Below are positions 27,156-38,755 of a stretch of 64,000 bases of DNA, piece by piece. The translations under genes were made by a program, and so were the position numbers. Origin of the DNA: Tubiluchus corallicola (Eukaryota; Animalia; Priapulida); contig JAQGDQ010000005.1 in NCBI GenBank assembly GCA_030141605.1, positions 124,001-188,000 of the forward strand. The letters are read 5' to 3'. Position 1 is the stretch's first letter. The number at the start of each line of letters is the position of its first letter. A model generated the notes under the pieces. It saw only the letters and a list, made by a program, of their open reading frames with translations, had not been told where the DNA came from and did no database searches.

Positions 27156-29105
27156 CAGTGGCTCATTCCACCTTGATAATGAGCCGAACTTCAGTCATGC
27201 CACAAACATCGCCCAGTCGCTGAATTTTAGCTTCTGGCTTAAAAAATGTCAAAGTTTATAAAAAATAGAAGCTAAATATGGAAAAAGTTGTGACTGCATC
27301 TTAAGTAAACCACTAAGTAGACGTTTCCAGTGCAGGTGGTACCACTTACCCATCACTTGATTAAATAAGTCTTAATTCAATCCTAATCCTTGTTAACACA
27401 CAGCAACTATTTAAAAAATTTTATATTAGGACGGAGTGACCATTGGAAAACTGTTTAATCTGGCATACTGCCTCCAGCAAATAACTCCTCAATGGTTTAG
27501 TTTCTCATCTCAGAATTAAGACAAGTATAATTTTTGTTTTTCTAGTTTAGGCCGCAACTACCTACATTAAACAGGCCTTGCAGTTGAGTATGGATTCTGT
27601 ACTGCTTAAAAAAGCTTGCGTTTCTCAGTTAAATCTAACTCAACACTGCTGCTAGAAAAGCAAACCTAATATTATTAATGAGGGAGTAAAATTGATGGGT
27701 CTTGCAATGAATTTTGCACGAGTCATTTACCCTGAAGTTTGTTCAGTCTTACTTAGCTTCTGTCAAACTAACAGCACTGAATTCTTAATTACAACATATA
27801 ATTTTGTTCATATTAACAGTCTGACTGGAATAGCTCTGCTATTAAGTGCTTCGTAAAAAACAAAAACGTAATTATGACTTCGTCTTAATCACTTTGGCAC
27901 ATTTTTCAAGTGATACACATGAAATTGTTCATAAACATAAAGAAGTCAGAAAAGAATTTCTTTAAGTTCTTATGCGTGAACTTTTTGAAAATATCTCGAA
28001 ACAGTTATCAATAATGACCAAAAATAATTATGAGATGAAATACTGGGATAATCACTCTTTACAATTTCAGCAAAACTAAACAAATAAATAACAGATAAAT
28101 AATAACTAAAAATATAAAATTAACACAGCTTATTCTCAGTTTCAGTTATAACTGTGTAGTCAAAGTACAACACTTTTGGCCATAATAGTTAAACAGTTAA
28201 ACTTACTGTAAACACAGATTTTATAAGGCAATAATAATCAGATATGATGATCAAATGGTATACAGCTTCAACTTCTATCTGTGCAACTTTATATTTAAAT
28301 TGATTAGATCTGTTATTGGGTGCATATACAGGAATTTGCACATAATTATTTGTGATAGTTGATGACATTTATAAATATGGGGCAACATACAGTATTCCTA
28401 ATGCTACCAAAAACAGTTCTTTCAATTCTTTGGTAAGGCAGCAATGTTGTATAACTCTTTCTATATACATGTTCACCATACAGCTAAATACACACTTTAA
28501 AATAAACATATGTATTACAATTACTCTCTCAATTTTCAGATTTTACTGAGTTGTTTTACAAAAGCCAAGTAAAGATTGACTTCTGTAGTCTTACCCAATA
28601 TTTAGCAGGGATCATTAAATGTTTTTGTTTCATTAGTTAAATGCCAAGGAAATGCTGGCAAGGTAGACTCACAGTCTACAACACAGATTTTGGCATGTAA
28701 TTAAAAAGTAACCAACGGCTCCAAAAAGGTAAAAAATGGATTAGTCCTTTTGGCCAAAAACCAGAAATTGACATGACTTAGGTGTAACTTATATAAGTCT
28801 TACGCTTTTCAAGCTCAATACACACTCTGTGCCAATCACTCATGTTATTATTAATTACTCACACATAATTATTGTTGTATATATTATGGAAAATTTGAAG
28901 AAAATCTCTTAAGCTTTCACAGTTTTTACGATACAAGCAAAGTTGTTGAAGACTTGCTGAAAAACTAATAATGTTGTCATACCTTTGGTAAAACTACAGA
29001 ATGCAAGTTTTACAATGATACTACTTACAAAATGGCAGGAACTATTTACAACATAGGAACAGCCTGCTTGATATGAGAACAGCTTATTTCACAAGAATAC
29101 AGACA

Positions 29106-32100
29106 TCAGTTCTTCTCATCAGTGTGTGCTAAGGCTTCAGAAACTGTCTCGCTGGCAGGACCTCTAAAGTGGAAGCCAAAACCTGTGGTGGCCGAAGTTT
29201 CTTCCAAATTGAACTCAGCAACAGGAACACCTCTTGACGCCACTTGAGGTGCAAACATGGCAGCAGGATACACAACTGATGAAGTGCCAACCTGCATGAA
29301 CATTTTTACAAATTAATACAAAAAATAATGAAAAATTTCAAAACTGTTACTAATTATAATATGCAATAAAATCTTCACAATTTTATAGAAAAAAACCAAA
29401 GGTTTTGCTGCTGATCATGATGATGGTGACTTTCAATGTGCAAATTATTGATCTTTTTTCTTTAGTATTAGAGCAAAATATTACTAAAGCAACTGTTATT
29501 TCCCTGATTTACTATTTGAAACCAAACTTTGTAGCGAGCAGTAAGTCAGTGAGTCTTAACCTAGTATGATGTTCTTAAAAAATCCATGTATTCACATTAA
29601 CATTAACAGGCGATTTTCTGCTTTATGATTGGATTAGTAAAAAATAACTAATAATGTCATTCGTTACATTGCAGAATTTTTCTCAAAATGACTCTCAGTT
29701 TTTTTAGGGCATGTATACAAGCAATACATACAGGCATGTATGTAAGCAAATGATTAGACAATGAAACTTCTGTTTTTTCCATTTTGTGGTGTACCATTAA
29801 GTGGTCCATATTGTAATATTTTTATATGCCCATCTAAAGATAGAACACATTTACAATGGAAATTTAATAATAAATGAATAGTAGACACAAGATTAACTCC
29901 TAATTTTCTGCAATAAAATCATAACATTACTAATAAATTAAACTAAAAAGTAATTAATGTGACAAGAATTCCTTTCAACATATATCCATAGCACAGTTTA
30001 GAATTTATAATGAAATTTAAGAACTAACCATCTAATTTTCAATACAAGAGGGAAGAGCTCTCTTACGTACCAGATGACATCTATGAATAAGTAACAAGAT
30101 GCGTACTTTTAAAAGTTCTTTTAAAAATAAAACTATTACAAACACATTTAAATACAGAAATTTGGAAACATAGTATAAAACCCTTTATATACAATGCCTA
30201 TCAAATATATAGCATTTAATAAAAAAATATCAAAACAATATGAAATGCAACTACGAACCACTAAACATAAGTCACATTGACTAAGTTCTTGATGTGTCTG
30301 GTCCAGAACATGTTCATCTAATTGCTCGCCAAACCATACGACATGAGGACGCAGAAGGCCTGAGCATTTCTTGCATTTTGGTAAATCTTTTTCTGGTATC
30401 CTAGCATCTGGACAATTTTCATCAGGAGCACTACAAGAAGCTTTTCTTTAGCAATCAAAAAATTTAACTTAGCTATACACAATATCACAAACTAGCTAAT
30501 TTCTCACATGATGACTTACAATTCCAATTAAAGCAATTGGTAAATCCAGTGGCGCAGCTAGAGCTTGTGCCGCCCTGGGGCACTTGAGTGACACCCCCTA
30601 CTAATGAAAATCCTTATGTACATACATAGGAAGATTTGAGATTTGTAAAATTTAGCAGTGTTGCCTTACAATCATGGAGATAAATTGACATAATAAAAAA
30701 GTAGTACAATAGGACATTGATTACTGAGACAGCTCAGTTCTGAGAGATCCAAAAAGTCCTGATCCAAAAAATGCCAATGATCAGACTTACCTAGTTTGCT
30801 TTATCAACAGCTTATCATATTAATTTATCGAGGACTTTGAACCTCAAACTTGTTGAGTTTCCACTACAGTGGCTTCGTTGCTCCAAAGCTTTAACTTAAC
30901 TTGTTAATCTGAGGTGTTTCCGTGTTGGTATTACTGAGGCAGCTAAGCGCAGTCATTCTACCTGCTGTATTCCCAGACAATTTTTTCGATAAAATTGAAA
31001 GTTCGAAACATTGAAATAATGTCAAATTAGTAAAAGAAGCTGCCAATCCACTGCTCCATTACAGGATTATGCATTAAAGGAAAGAATACGTTTTCCCATT
31101 TTTTAACTCAGAGCTAAATGAAAACTTTTCAAACGTGTCTTTGGTGCACGTAACAAGCTTTTAAAATCATTCTAATTTCTTCTTACCCTTTGCCTTTTAA
31201 TGCAGGACAAATAGGACTGTCATAGTTTTTCTCAATAGCTGAACAACTTGTACACCTTGTAGTAAACAAATTACCTGAAAATTGAGAACAATGTAAGCCA
31301 GCCCAGGATTTACAATGTTTATAAAGGCAAGCAAATATGGTAACAGTTAGGACAATTGTTCAAAAGGACTTACCCATTATCAAATTTTGTTGATATTTTG
31401 CAAAAACTTTGGGCAAATTGTAAATTTGAAGTAAAAACCCACTTTAAATTGTTTAGTATCAGTAGGGTGTGTATAACATGACTATAGTGAAATTAAGAGC
31501 AAACACTTGTAGCAACTTAGTTAGTACATGTCAACTTTAGCTAGCTAGCCGAATATCAACATCTGACGTTAATCCAAATAACTGTCTAGCAACATGGTTT
31601 AACATTAATCCAAATAATACCAGAAAACTGTTTTAAAAACACAACTTCATTTATATTCTATTTAAATACTAACCATGTAGCTCCAAAATATTGCGTGATC
31701 CCGCTCTGTAGTGAAGTTCATCTATATTTTGTGTAATAACAACAAGATGTCTTCCTTCTTCTTTTAATCTTTTCTCAGCATCAGCTATGGCTTTATGAGC
31801 CTGAAGTATTGTTAAAAACTTTAATGTTATGAAATGTTATAGCATATTACTGGCTTTACAGTCAGATAACAACTATATTCTAAAAATTTATGTTAAAATA
31901 TAAAAAGAAAGAAATATAAAAATGAGCATTTTGAAGTAATTTCATTGCTTAAACATTAATTGTTTGTAAGTGGATAGACAGACATTATGTAACATATAAT
32001 TCAGGGGTGTGCAAATTATCTGACTAGCCGGGCCACATTAAACTTTCCCGCAATTCCTGCGGGCCACAGGCAGTTTGATCAAGGAGCCAAGTACAGAAAG

Positions 32101-33294
32101 GCCTAATAACAATTTTTTTGCATCCGACCTGCGTACATCATTACTACTACTACGAAACTATTTTAGAAGTTATTAAAATTTATATTACAAACCATATATT
32201 TCTACTTTCAGGACAGATAGTGGTAATTTCATTGATACATTCTGAGTAGTACAGTGACATTAAGCTACAACCGTCTTGTAAGGATTAATGGCATCCGATC
32301 TAGTAGAAAAAACTAACCGCACTATCTTTGGGATCGTGGCACGGACTTCAACTGGATATACTCAATTAATCGCCCGGGCCGCACTTTCATTAGATTGATA
32401 AATCTCTTCGCGAGCCGCATAAATTCTCTATGCGGGCCGCAATTTGCACACCCCTGATATAACTGCATTTTAAGTATAATTGTAACTGAAACATGCACAC
32501 ATAAACATAACTGAAACATACAGAATTTGGTTGCTTTGTCAGCATCAACTCTCTCCTGTAATGGTAAAACTCCCAAACTAAGGATGGATTACTTCTGAAT
32601 GCAGTCGGAGATGCCAGCTCCTAAAATGAGGAATCAGAATAATTACAGCACAAATAAGACCTATTGCTACTATAGCTAAATGTATCTAGCACAAATGCAG
32701 ATAATGAGGACTGATGTTGATGACAAAAGTATTCAGATATCAAAAAATAATAGCAACTGACAACTGCTCAGTTGGTGGTTGTTAATTTCCAGGAAAGCCT
32801 CACTTATTAAGAACTAACGTTATTACACAAATATGTTGTCAATTGTTGACATGTAGAAGTGGCCTGCATGACATATGCAATTTTAAGCATAGCGTGCAAT
32901 TCATGTCTTCTATAAGGTCCACAAAATTGACAAAGATGCCTTCTGAGTGGTCTATCCCAGTTTTCGACTTAAGCATGGTTTCGTCACTGTGAGTGTTGGT
33001 TTAATTTTTACAATACTTAAATCAAATACAATTAAAAGTTACCGTTGCCTGCCACTGTCTCCAAAATCCCCCAGCTCCTCTAAACGTAGGAACTCCGCTT
33101 TCTGCACTGACGCCGGCGCCAGTTAAAACAACAACATTGCGTGCCTTGGCAAAATGAGCACGAAATGCTGCCATATCTGAACTTGGTCTAGATAAACTTG
33201 CAGTACCAGACATTGTTGCTAACTTATTAAGAAGCTCTACTGTTTGCTGTGCCATCTTCCTTGTAATATGCTGAGCGGATGCAAATGATAACAT
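29106..33294 (-). CDS. SIRT5: NAD-dependent protein deacylase sirtuin-5, 6 exons: 33294-33043, 32620-32522, 31800-31674, 31274-31187, 30430-30259, 29291-29106 (307 aa)
   Basis: All introns GT-AG with consistent phases; CDS 924 nt. Motifs [23 protein letters not shown] (Tyr/Arg pair giving malonyl/succinyl specificity), TQNIDELH, catalytic LELHG, Zn sites CTSC and [29 protein letters not shown]. Alternative in-frame ATG at 33255. Confidence 0.97.
32002..32456. mobile_element. hAT-type MITE in SIRT5 intron 2
   Basis: Perfect 16-bp TIRs CAGGGGTGTGCAAATT; 8-bp target duplication atataatt/atataact; subterminal GCGGGCC motifs. Confidence 0.9.
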
Positions 33295-33606
33295 TACTAC
33301 TTTTAAACACTAACAAGGAACTTTCACCAAAAACGGCCGAAGTCAGTGAACAGTACAGTACAGAAATGTTGTTTACAATGTTATTCTGCCACCTATTGGG
33401 CACTTTCAAAGCTTTTTAGGAATTTTTAGTATAAAGATTTGTTGATAGATGGCAATAACATGATGCACGTTTTGACTCGTAAACATAAACTAGATTGTCA
33501 CAGTTAATATGTTTATTTTAGTAATTTAGCAACGTAAATTTATAATTTTCCGCTGAAATGGTCTTTTTTCGCCGAAATTTTTCGCGCGAAATTCGTGTGT
33601 GAAAGT
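33295..33606. promoter_or_regulatory. Putative bidirectional promoter shared by SIRT5 and MLYCD
   Basis: Only 312 bp between divergent ATGs. Contains the palindrome TTTCGCGCGAAA (33580-33591) and CTCF/YY1-like motifs at 33386-33399 (minus) and 33446-33454 (plus). Confidence 0.7.
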
Positions 33607-35193
33607 ATGATTTCACTTTCTGTGAATCACAATTTTTTCTGTATCCCCAAATGGCTTATTGTTGAATTAAGTCCAAGTAATGCCCACTCGAGTAACAATT
33701 TGGCGGGCACTGGTTTTAACGAATTGAAGCCAATATTTATGGATTTAAGATCAATGGCGACGATACCAAAACAGCACGAGGAAAGCTTTTTGTCTAGCAG
33801 ATTTTCAACGTCGGTCATGGATAGGGTTGAGATACTCTTAAATGACATAATCGATCACCCGCTTTACGTAGATGAACACAAAACTAATGACCTTTGCAGT
33901 TTATATCTCTCTTTCAATGAGGAGGAAAAACTATCTTTTCTGACTTCTTTATCTATAGGTTATAGCATTGACCATGCTGACATACTAGAGCATGCAGAAG
34001 CTGCATACAATCGTCAAATAGATGAGCAACAAATGTATATCCATGAAAGAAAACTGATGTCAGCGTTGGTGCCAAAATACCTACATGTTTTTAAGGCTAT
34101 AGCCCGACTAGAAGGAGGAGTGAAGTTTATTGTTGGTTTAAGAGCAGATGTTTTGGATGCAATTGAGAAAACAAGAGGCTGGAGTTTACAAAAATATTTT
34201 CTTCAACGGCTTAGCGATTCACTCAAGGACTTATTGTCTATGTGGTTTTTTGTCGGCTTGCTTCATGTACAACGTGTCACTTGGCAAAGCTCTTGTGATA
34301 TTTTACAAAAAATATCTGAATATGAGTCTGTACACCCTATTTCAGACTGGTCAGACCTTAAAAGGCGTGTTGGTCCATATCGGCGTTGTTATGCTTTTAT
34401 GCACTCCAGCATGCCAAGTGAGCCACTAGTTGTGCTCCACACTGCACTTACTCCTTATATATCATCCAAGATTCACACTATATTGTTATGCACTGGAAAT
34501 AAATCTAAACCTAATGAAGTGGAAGATAAGGGCATTATAAATAGTGCTGTCTTTTATTCTATCACGTCAACTCAGAAGGGTTTGCAGGGCATAGAACTAG
34601 GAAACTATCTTATTAAATGTACTGTTAGGGAGCTTATCAAGGAATTTCCACACTTGCAACAGTTTTCTAGCCTGTCTCCCATTCCTGGATTTCGCACGTG
34701 GCTTATAGGTGAAATTAACAGTTCCATTTCAAAACTTGAAAGAAGTGCTTTCCCCCTACGACTGCAAGAACTTCAGAATTTGTCCAAACTTTTTAATGTA
34801 AAACAAGATCGAATTGTAGTTCTGACATCTTTGAAGCAAACTCTAATTAGCTGTGCCTGGGTAAATTACCCTGCTCTCTGTGATACTCTAAAAGTTATTT
34901 TAACAAGACTTTGTGCTCACTATCTTTGCAATGTGAAGCGCCGTGGATATGTGATGAACTATGTTGCTAATTTTCATTTGTCGAATGGTGCCGTGTTGTG
35001 GCGCATTAACTGGCTGGCAGACACCTCTCCTCGTGGCTTGAAAAATTCTTGTGGACTGATGGTAAATTATAGGTATTATCTGGGAAACACCGATGCCAAG
35101 AGCAGACGCTATCGCCAAACTTTCCATGTTGAAGCTTCTGAGGAAGTTTTGCAATTATTGCAAAGTGACTGCTTAGGCAAAAGTAAACTGTGA
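33607..35193 (+). CDS. MLYCD: Malonyl-CoA decarboxylase, single coding exon, C-terminal PTS1 (SKL)
   Basis: Motifs EGGVKFIVGLRAD, YESVH, DLKRRVGPYRRC, FYSITSTQKGLQGIELGNYLIK, FSSLSPIPGF, VANFHLSNGA, GLMVNYRY, and ...SKL*. First in-frame ATG is 33607 (ORF-track start 33595 is GTG); the true start is uncertain (33739 also possible). Confidence 0.95.
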   Translation: MISLSVNHNFFCIPKWLIVELSPSNAHSSNNLAGTGFNELKPIFMDLRSMATIPKQHEESFLSSRFSTSVMDRVEILLNDIIDHPLYVDEHKTNDLCSLYLSFNEEEKLSFLTSLSIGYSIDHADILEHAEAAYNRQIDEQQMYIHERKLMSALVPKYLHVFKAIARLEGGVKFIVGLRADVLDAIEKTRGWSLQKYFLQRLSDSLKDLLSMWFFVGLLHVQRVTWQSSCDILQKISEYESVHPISDWSDLKRRVGPYRRCYAFMHSSMPSEPLVVLHTALTPYISSKIHTILLCTGNKSKPNEVEDKGIINSAVFYSITSTQKGLQGIELGNYLIKCTVRELIKEFPHLQQFSSLSPIPGFRTWLIGEINSSISKLERSAFPLRLQELQNLSKLFNVKQDRIVVLTSLKQTLISCAWVNYPALCDTLKVILTRLCAHYLCNVKRRGYVMNYVANFHLSNGAVLWRINWLADTSPRGLKNSCGLMVNYRYYLGNTDAKSRRYRQTFHVEASEEVLQLLQSDCLGKSKL

Positions 35194-38100
35194 TAACATG
35201 TTTAAATGTGTTAAAATATTTTCAAATTTCTTTACCTGTGGCTAAAAATTTATTATTTCATTTTATCGTCATTATTTTCTAATCTGTGTATGAAATTTTA
35301 ACTGTATAGAAATATGGCCTGTTAAATCTTAGTCTAGATCTGTATTGAAGTTTCATTCAATGCAGATATAGACTAATACCTATACAGATAAATCGCTACT
35401 ACAAATAATTAGATCATTGAAGTGTTGGTAAATAAAGACGTATTAAACCCATTTGGCTCTTAATAGTTGTTTAATAGCTATTATAGTAGTGGTTTAATAT
35501 TGGTTTAGTGTTGAATACAATAGAATTTGCTTAATAAATCCACAGATAATAAATCCAGCCACTTTTTGTATCCACTGTGACTGGAACAGAAGTGTATAAT
35601 GCCTTTATCTATTAAAATCCGTTGTTTGTTAAATTAAAACTTCGCTTTATAAACTCACTTTGCACACTGTAATCACAACGAAATTGTAATGCAAGACCAC
35701 ATGATTGTCTTGTATCTTAACTTGAGCTAGATCAACTTCTTTGTTCTAAACGTGTTTTACATCTTTGCATTTTTGCCACTTATTTCTTTGTCATTAGCCA
35801 TTTGTGCCGGCAGGCGGACGCACTGAATTTCCACGGAATTTCTTAAGAAAACTTTTTTATGGCTAAATAAAGAAATAAAGTTTTTAAGCAGGATTCCAAG
35901 AAACACACCAACCCCTTGTTTATTGCGCAATCCCCCAGCAGTCAGCTGATTTGCATAGTGAAGTTCTGTTTATGTATATCACTTACAAAGTGTCGATTCT
36001 CTTATCGATTTTTGTTGTCTAGACAGTTTTTAGCTAACTGTAACTGCACTTTTGCATTTAGGGAGTGGGCCTAAAGGGCCTGGGCCCCCTTTCACTGTAG
36101 TAGTGAAACTTGCATGAGGAAATAGCTTCTAGCAACTGCAAAATGATCTATAATGCAGTAAAATTGCATTTAGCTGTGTCTGGTGGGAAAAATTAACACC
36201 GGCACGCAGACGTATTAAATTTTGTATGAACAGTGGGTGGACTGTAAACTTAAGAGTCTCAAATCAGTTTTATGTTTGACTGTCCACATTTTGCTAGGTA
36301 GGTAATCTTGACACTAATTAATTAAGCTTAAGTAATCCGTCATCCGCACTGCAGTGTATTACGAACTTGCTTTTAAGATGTATGACTACTACAGTATAAT
36401 ACAATGAATATTACCTAGGTAAATGTAGGTCAGATATATTTTTTAAGACAGAATTTTTCACGTTTGAGGAAGTCTATGTACCAGAATATAGATGTCATTT
36501 GAGGCCGTCAAAATGTGCTTAAACACAGGAAAATGCGTTGGTGACCGTGGCTCCACCCCGGTCTGGCGGCACCCATGTCGTTAGCGGTCTAATTTAAACG
36601 TCAGAATGCAGAATCATATGTCAAGCAGAAGTCAAGAGATCTAATTATTTTAAACTAACGTGCTCATGCTTTCTGAAAGAGCATTGTGCGTGAAAATGTC
36701 AATGACTTGTATAAATGACTGCTGAATCATCACTGATATTAAAGTTGCATGTATTCCATTTTTTTTAAATTGGCACAAAAAAGTTAATGGCATCATCGAT
36801 AAATAATATGTACATACTTTACGCGAGTTAGTTTAATTATACCAATGCCATTAAATTATTATGCACTTTATTTAAACAATTGCTAGCCATTTACCAAGTG
36901 ATAAGAGCATTGGCATCCTAAATAAACTGTGGAGCAAGGTGAATTTATTAAGCGAAGTATGCCGTAGTTGTTTCTTCATATAAAATCGATGTAGTTGCCT
37001 CCATTATGCATGCGTAAAGTAATACCAGTAGATACCCAGAGATGACACCTCAAAGTAAGTTTCAGCAGCTGCTAACGCATGGCTAACTCTTCTTTGTCAT
37101 ATAAAGTGAGGCAAGGGCATTACAACTAGGGTGAAATTGTCAGTAATTCTTAACAAGTGCTGGACAATCAGAAAAGGTTGTTTAGCAGTCTAAAGAACAT
37201 GTGTTTATTTTAGCTTTAATTTGGCAACAGTATATAATCAAACTGTTTTGATTTTTTGATAGGGCAATGAAATTCTAATGATTTTTAATTGTATACAATT
37301 TAACTAAAAATCAGTAGTTTTTAGTAGTCATATTTTTATACTTGTCTTCTCTTATTACTGTATGTAACTTGTTAATTATTATTATTTTTTATGATTTTGT
37401 GCTGATGAAGTGAACCTGGTGGCTAGTGAATTTTGATACCAAACTTGCCGGGAAAACAGAAAATGCAAAAAAGCTGGAATTTAGGGAGGGGAACCTTTAG
37501 ATTGCATAATGTCCAATGCCATGACCACCAGACTAATCAGACTCAGTACCATGGTAGATAAGTTTCTATCCTAATGGCTCACCAACCAACACATTATCTT
37601 CAAATGTAAATTAGTTGTTGTCCAGACCTTTTCACCATTCCTTCTTTTTAGCCAAGTTTGGTTCAAAATTCCGTAACTGTGGGCTCATTCTGCCATTAAA
37701 AAATAATCAAGTTGAAGGTGAGATTATAAATATTTCATTTAGGTGCTATTTAAGCTGACACAGTTTTTGCTTCCTATGAAAAATCTATGATATTTATTAA
37801 CATCTGCTGTTTTCAATTTTCCATTAACAGACTTATTGTCACTATAAAAAGTATGAACCTGACTTGGCAGCTAGGGAATTTTTGAAGATTTTTTTCATAT
37901 TTGTGGTGATAAAAATACGTATAACTCATGAACTGGAGGCTGTAGTAGTTTAATATGTGATTTTTATCGCGGCGTATGTTACCTCGGGTATATTATTTGC
38001 TTTTAAATAGCTGCCTGGAGATGGCACCACAAAACAAGTTTTCGTTTGCTTCAGCCGACTAGGTCTGACAATCATAGATTGAAAAAAATGGAGGGATACG

Positions 38101-38509
38101 ACATGTTCCAATTTATTCGCCTTTTTGACTTGGATGACATCCATTCGTACTACACATTAGCTTTGAGGACTTGTTTTCCATTACGCTGTAAATACTCTTC
38201 TTATACCTGTCAGTGACAAAATGCTTAATGTCGCCTGCTGGATGCTGCATGCTTAGAATAGAGGTAATAAATTGGGTCGTCGAGTCTTGAATGTGGAGAT
38301 CTTCTGGGTCCTGCAGCCTAGGCCTTTACATTAGTTTCTGGTCCAAAAAAACCGGGACATGTTCTGTACTTTCTGCATAGTTTAAATACAAGCCAATAAT
38401 TATTGTTCAGAACGAATAGGCTTGCTAGCCAAACGTTTTTGTTGTGCCGATTAATAAAATCGCTCAGAGTTACGCGATTTTGTAATAAAACTCTTAGGTA
38501 GGCAGATTC

Positions 38510-38755
38510 TTTTTACCCACGCCAAGATGTGAAGGGGTAGGCGATTTAGTTGCGTCTGTGTCACTGCGTGTCTGTTTCGATATAAAATCAAACCTGATGA
38601 AGCTAAAAACACAAATTTAGCACAAAGATAACATGACGTGGAAACCCATTGCTTTTTGGTGTCAAAGGTTAAGGTCAAAAATCTTCAACACAAGTTTTGC
38701 CTATAGTGACTTCAAGTCAGGACGTGGGTTTTCCTTCTATTGGAAGCTTTCTAGT
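38510..38755 (+). mobile_element. Non-autonomous Helentron/DINE-1-like (HINE) element
   Basis: 5' T-run plus subterminal repeat ACCCACGCC with a near-complement GACGTGGGT at 38721; GTCT/GTGTCT micro-repeat near the 5' end; AAAGGTTAAGGTCA motif; short 3' hairpin cttc..gaag followed by CTAGT. Confidence 0.6.

Noticed and set aside
30547-31055. CAGTGGCGCAGCT...GCCGCCC as a DNA-transposon end in SIRT5 intron 4
   Set aside because: Only a poor partner end (about 31040-31053) and no target duplication; boundaries cannot be supported.
36060-36590. GC-rich patches (gggcctgggccccct; ggctccaccccgg) resembling common repeat interiors
   Set aside because: Probably TE debris, but no termini could be defined.
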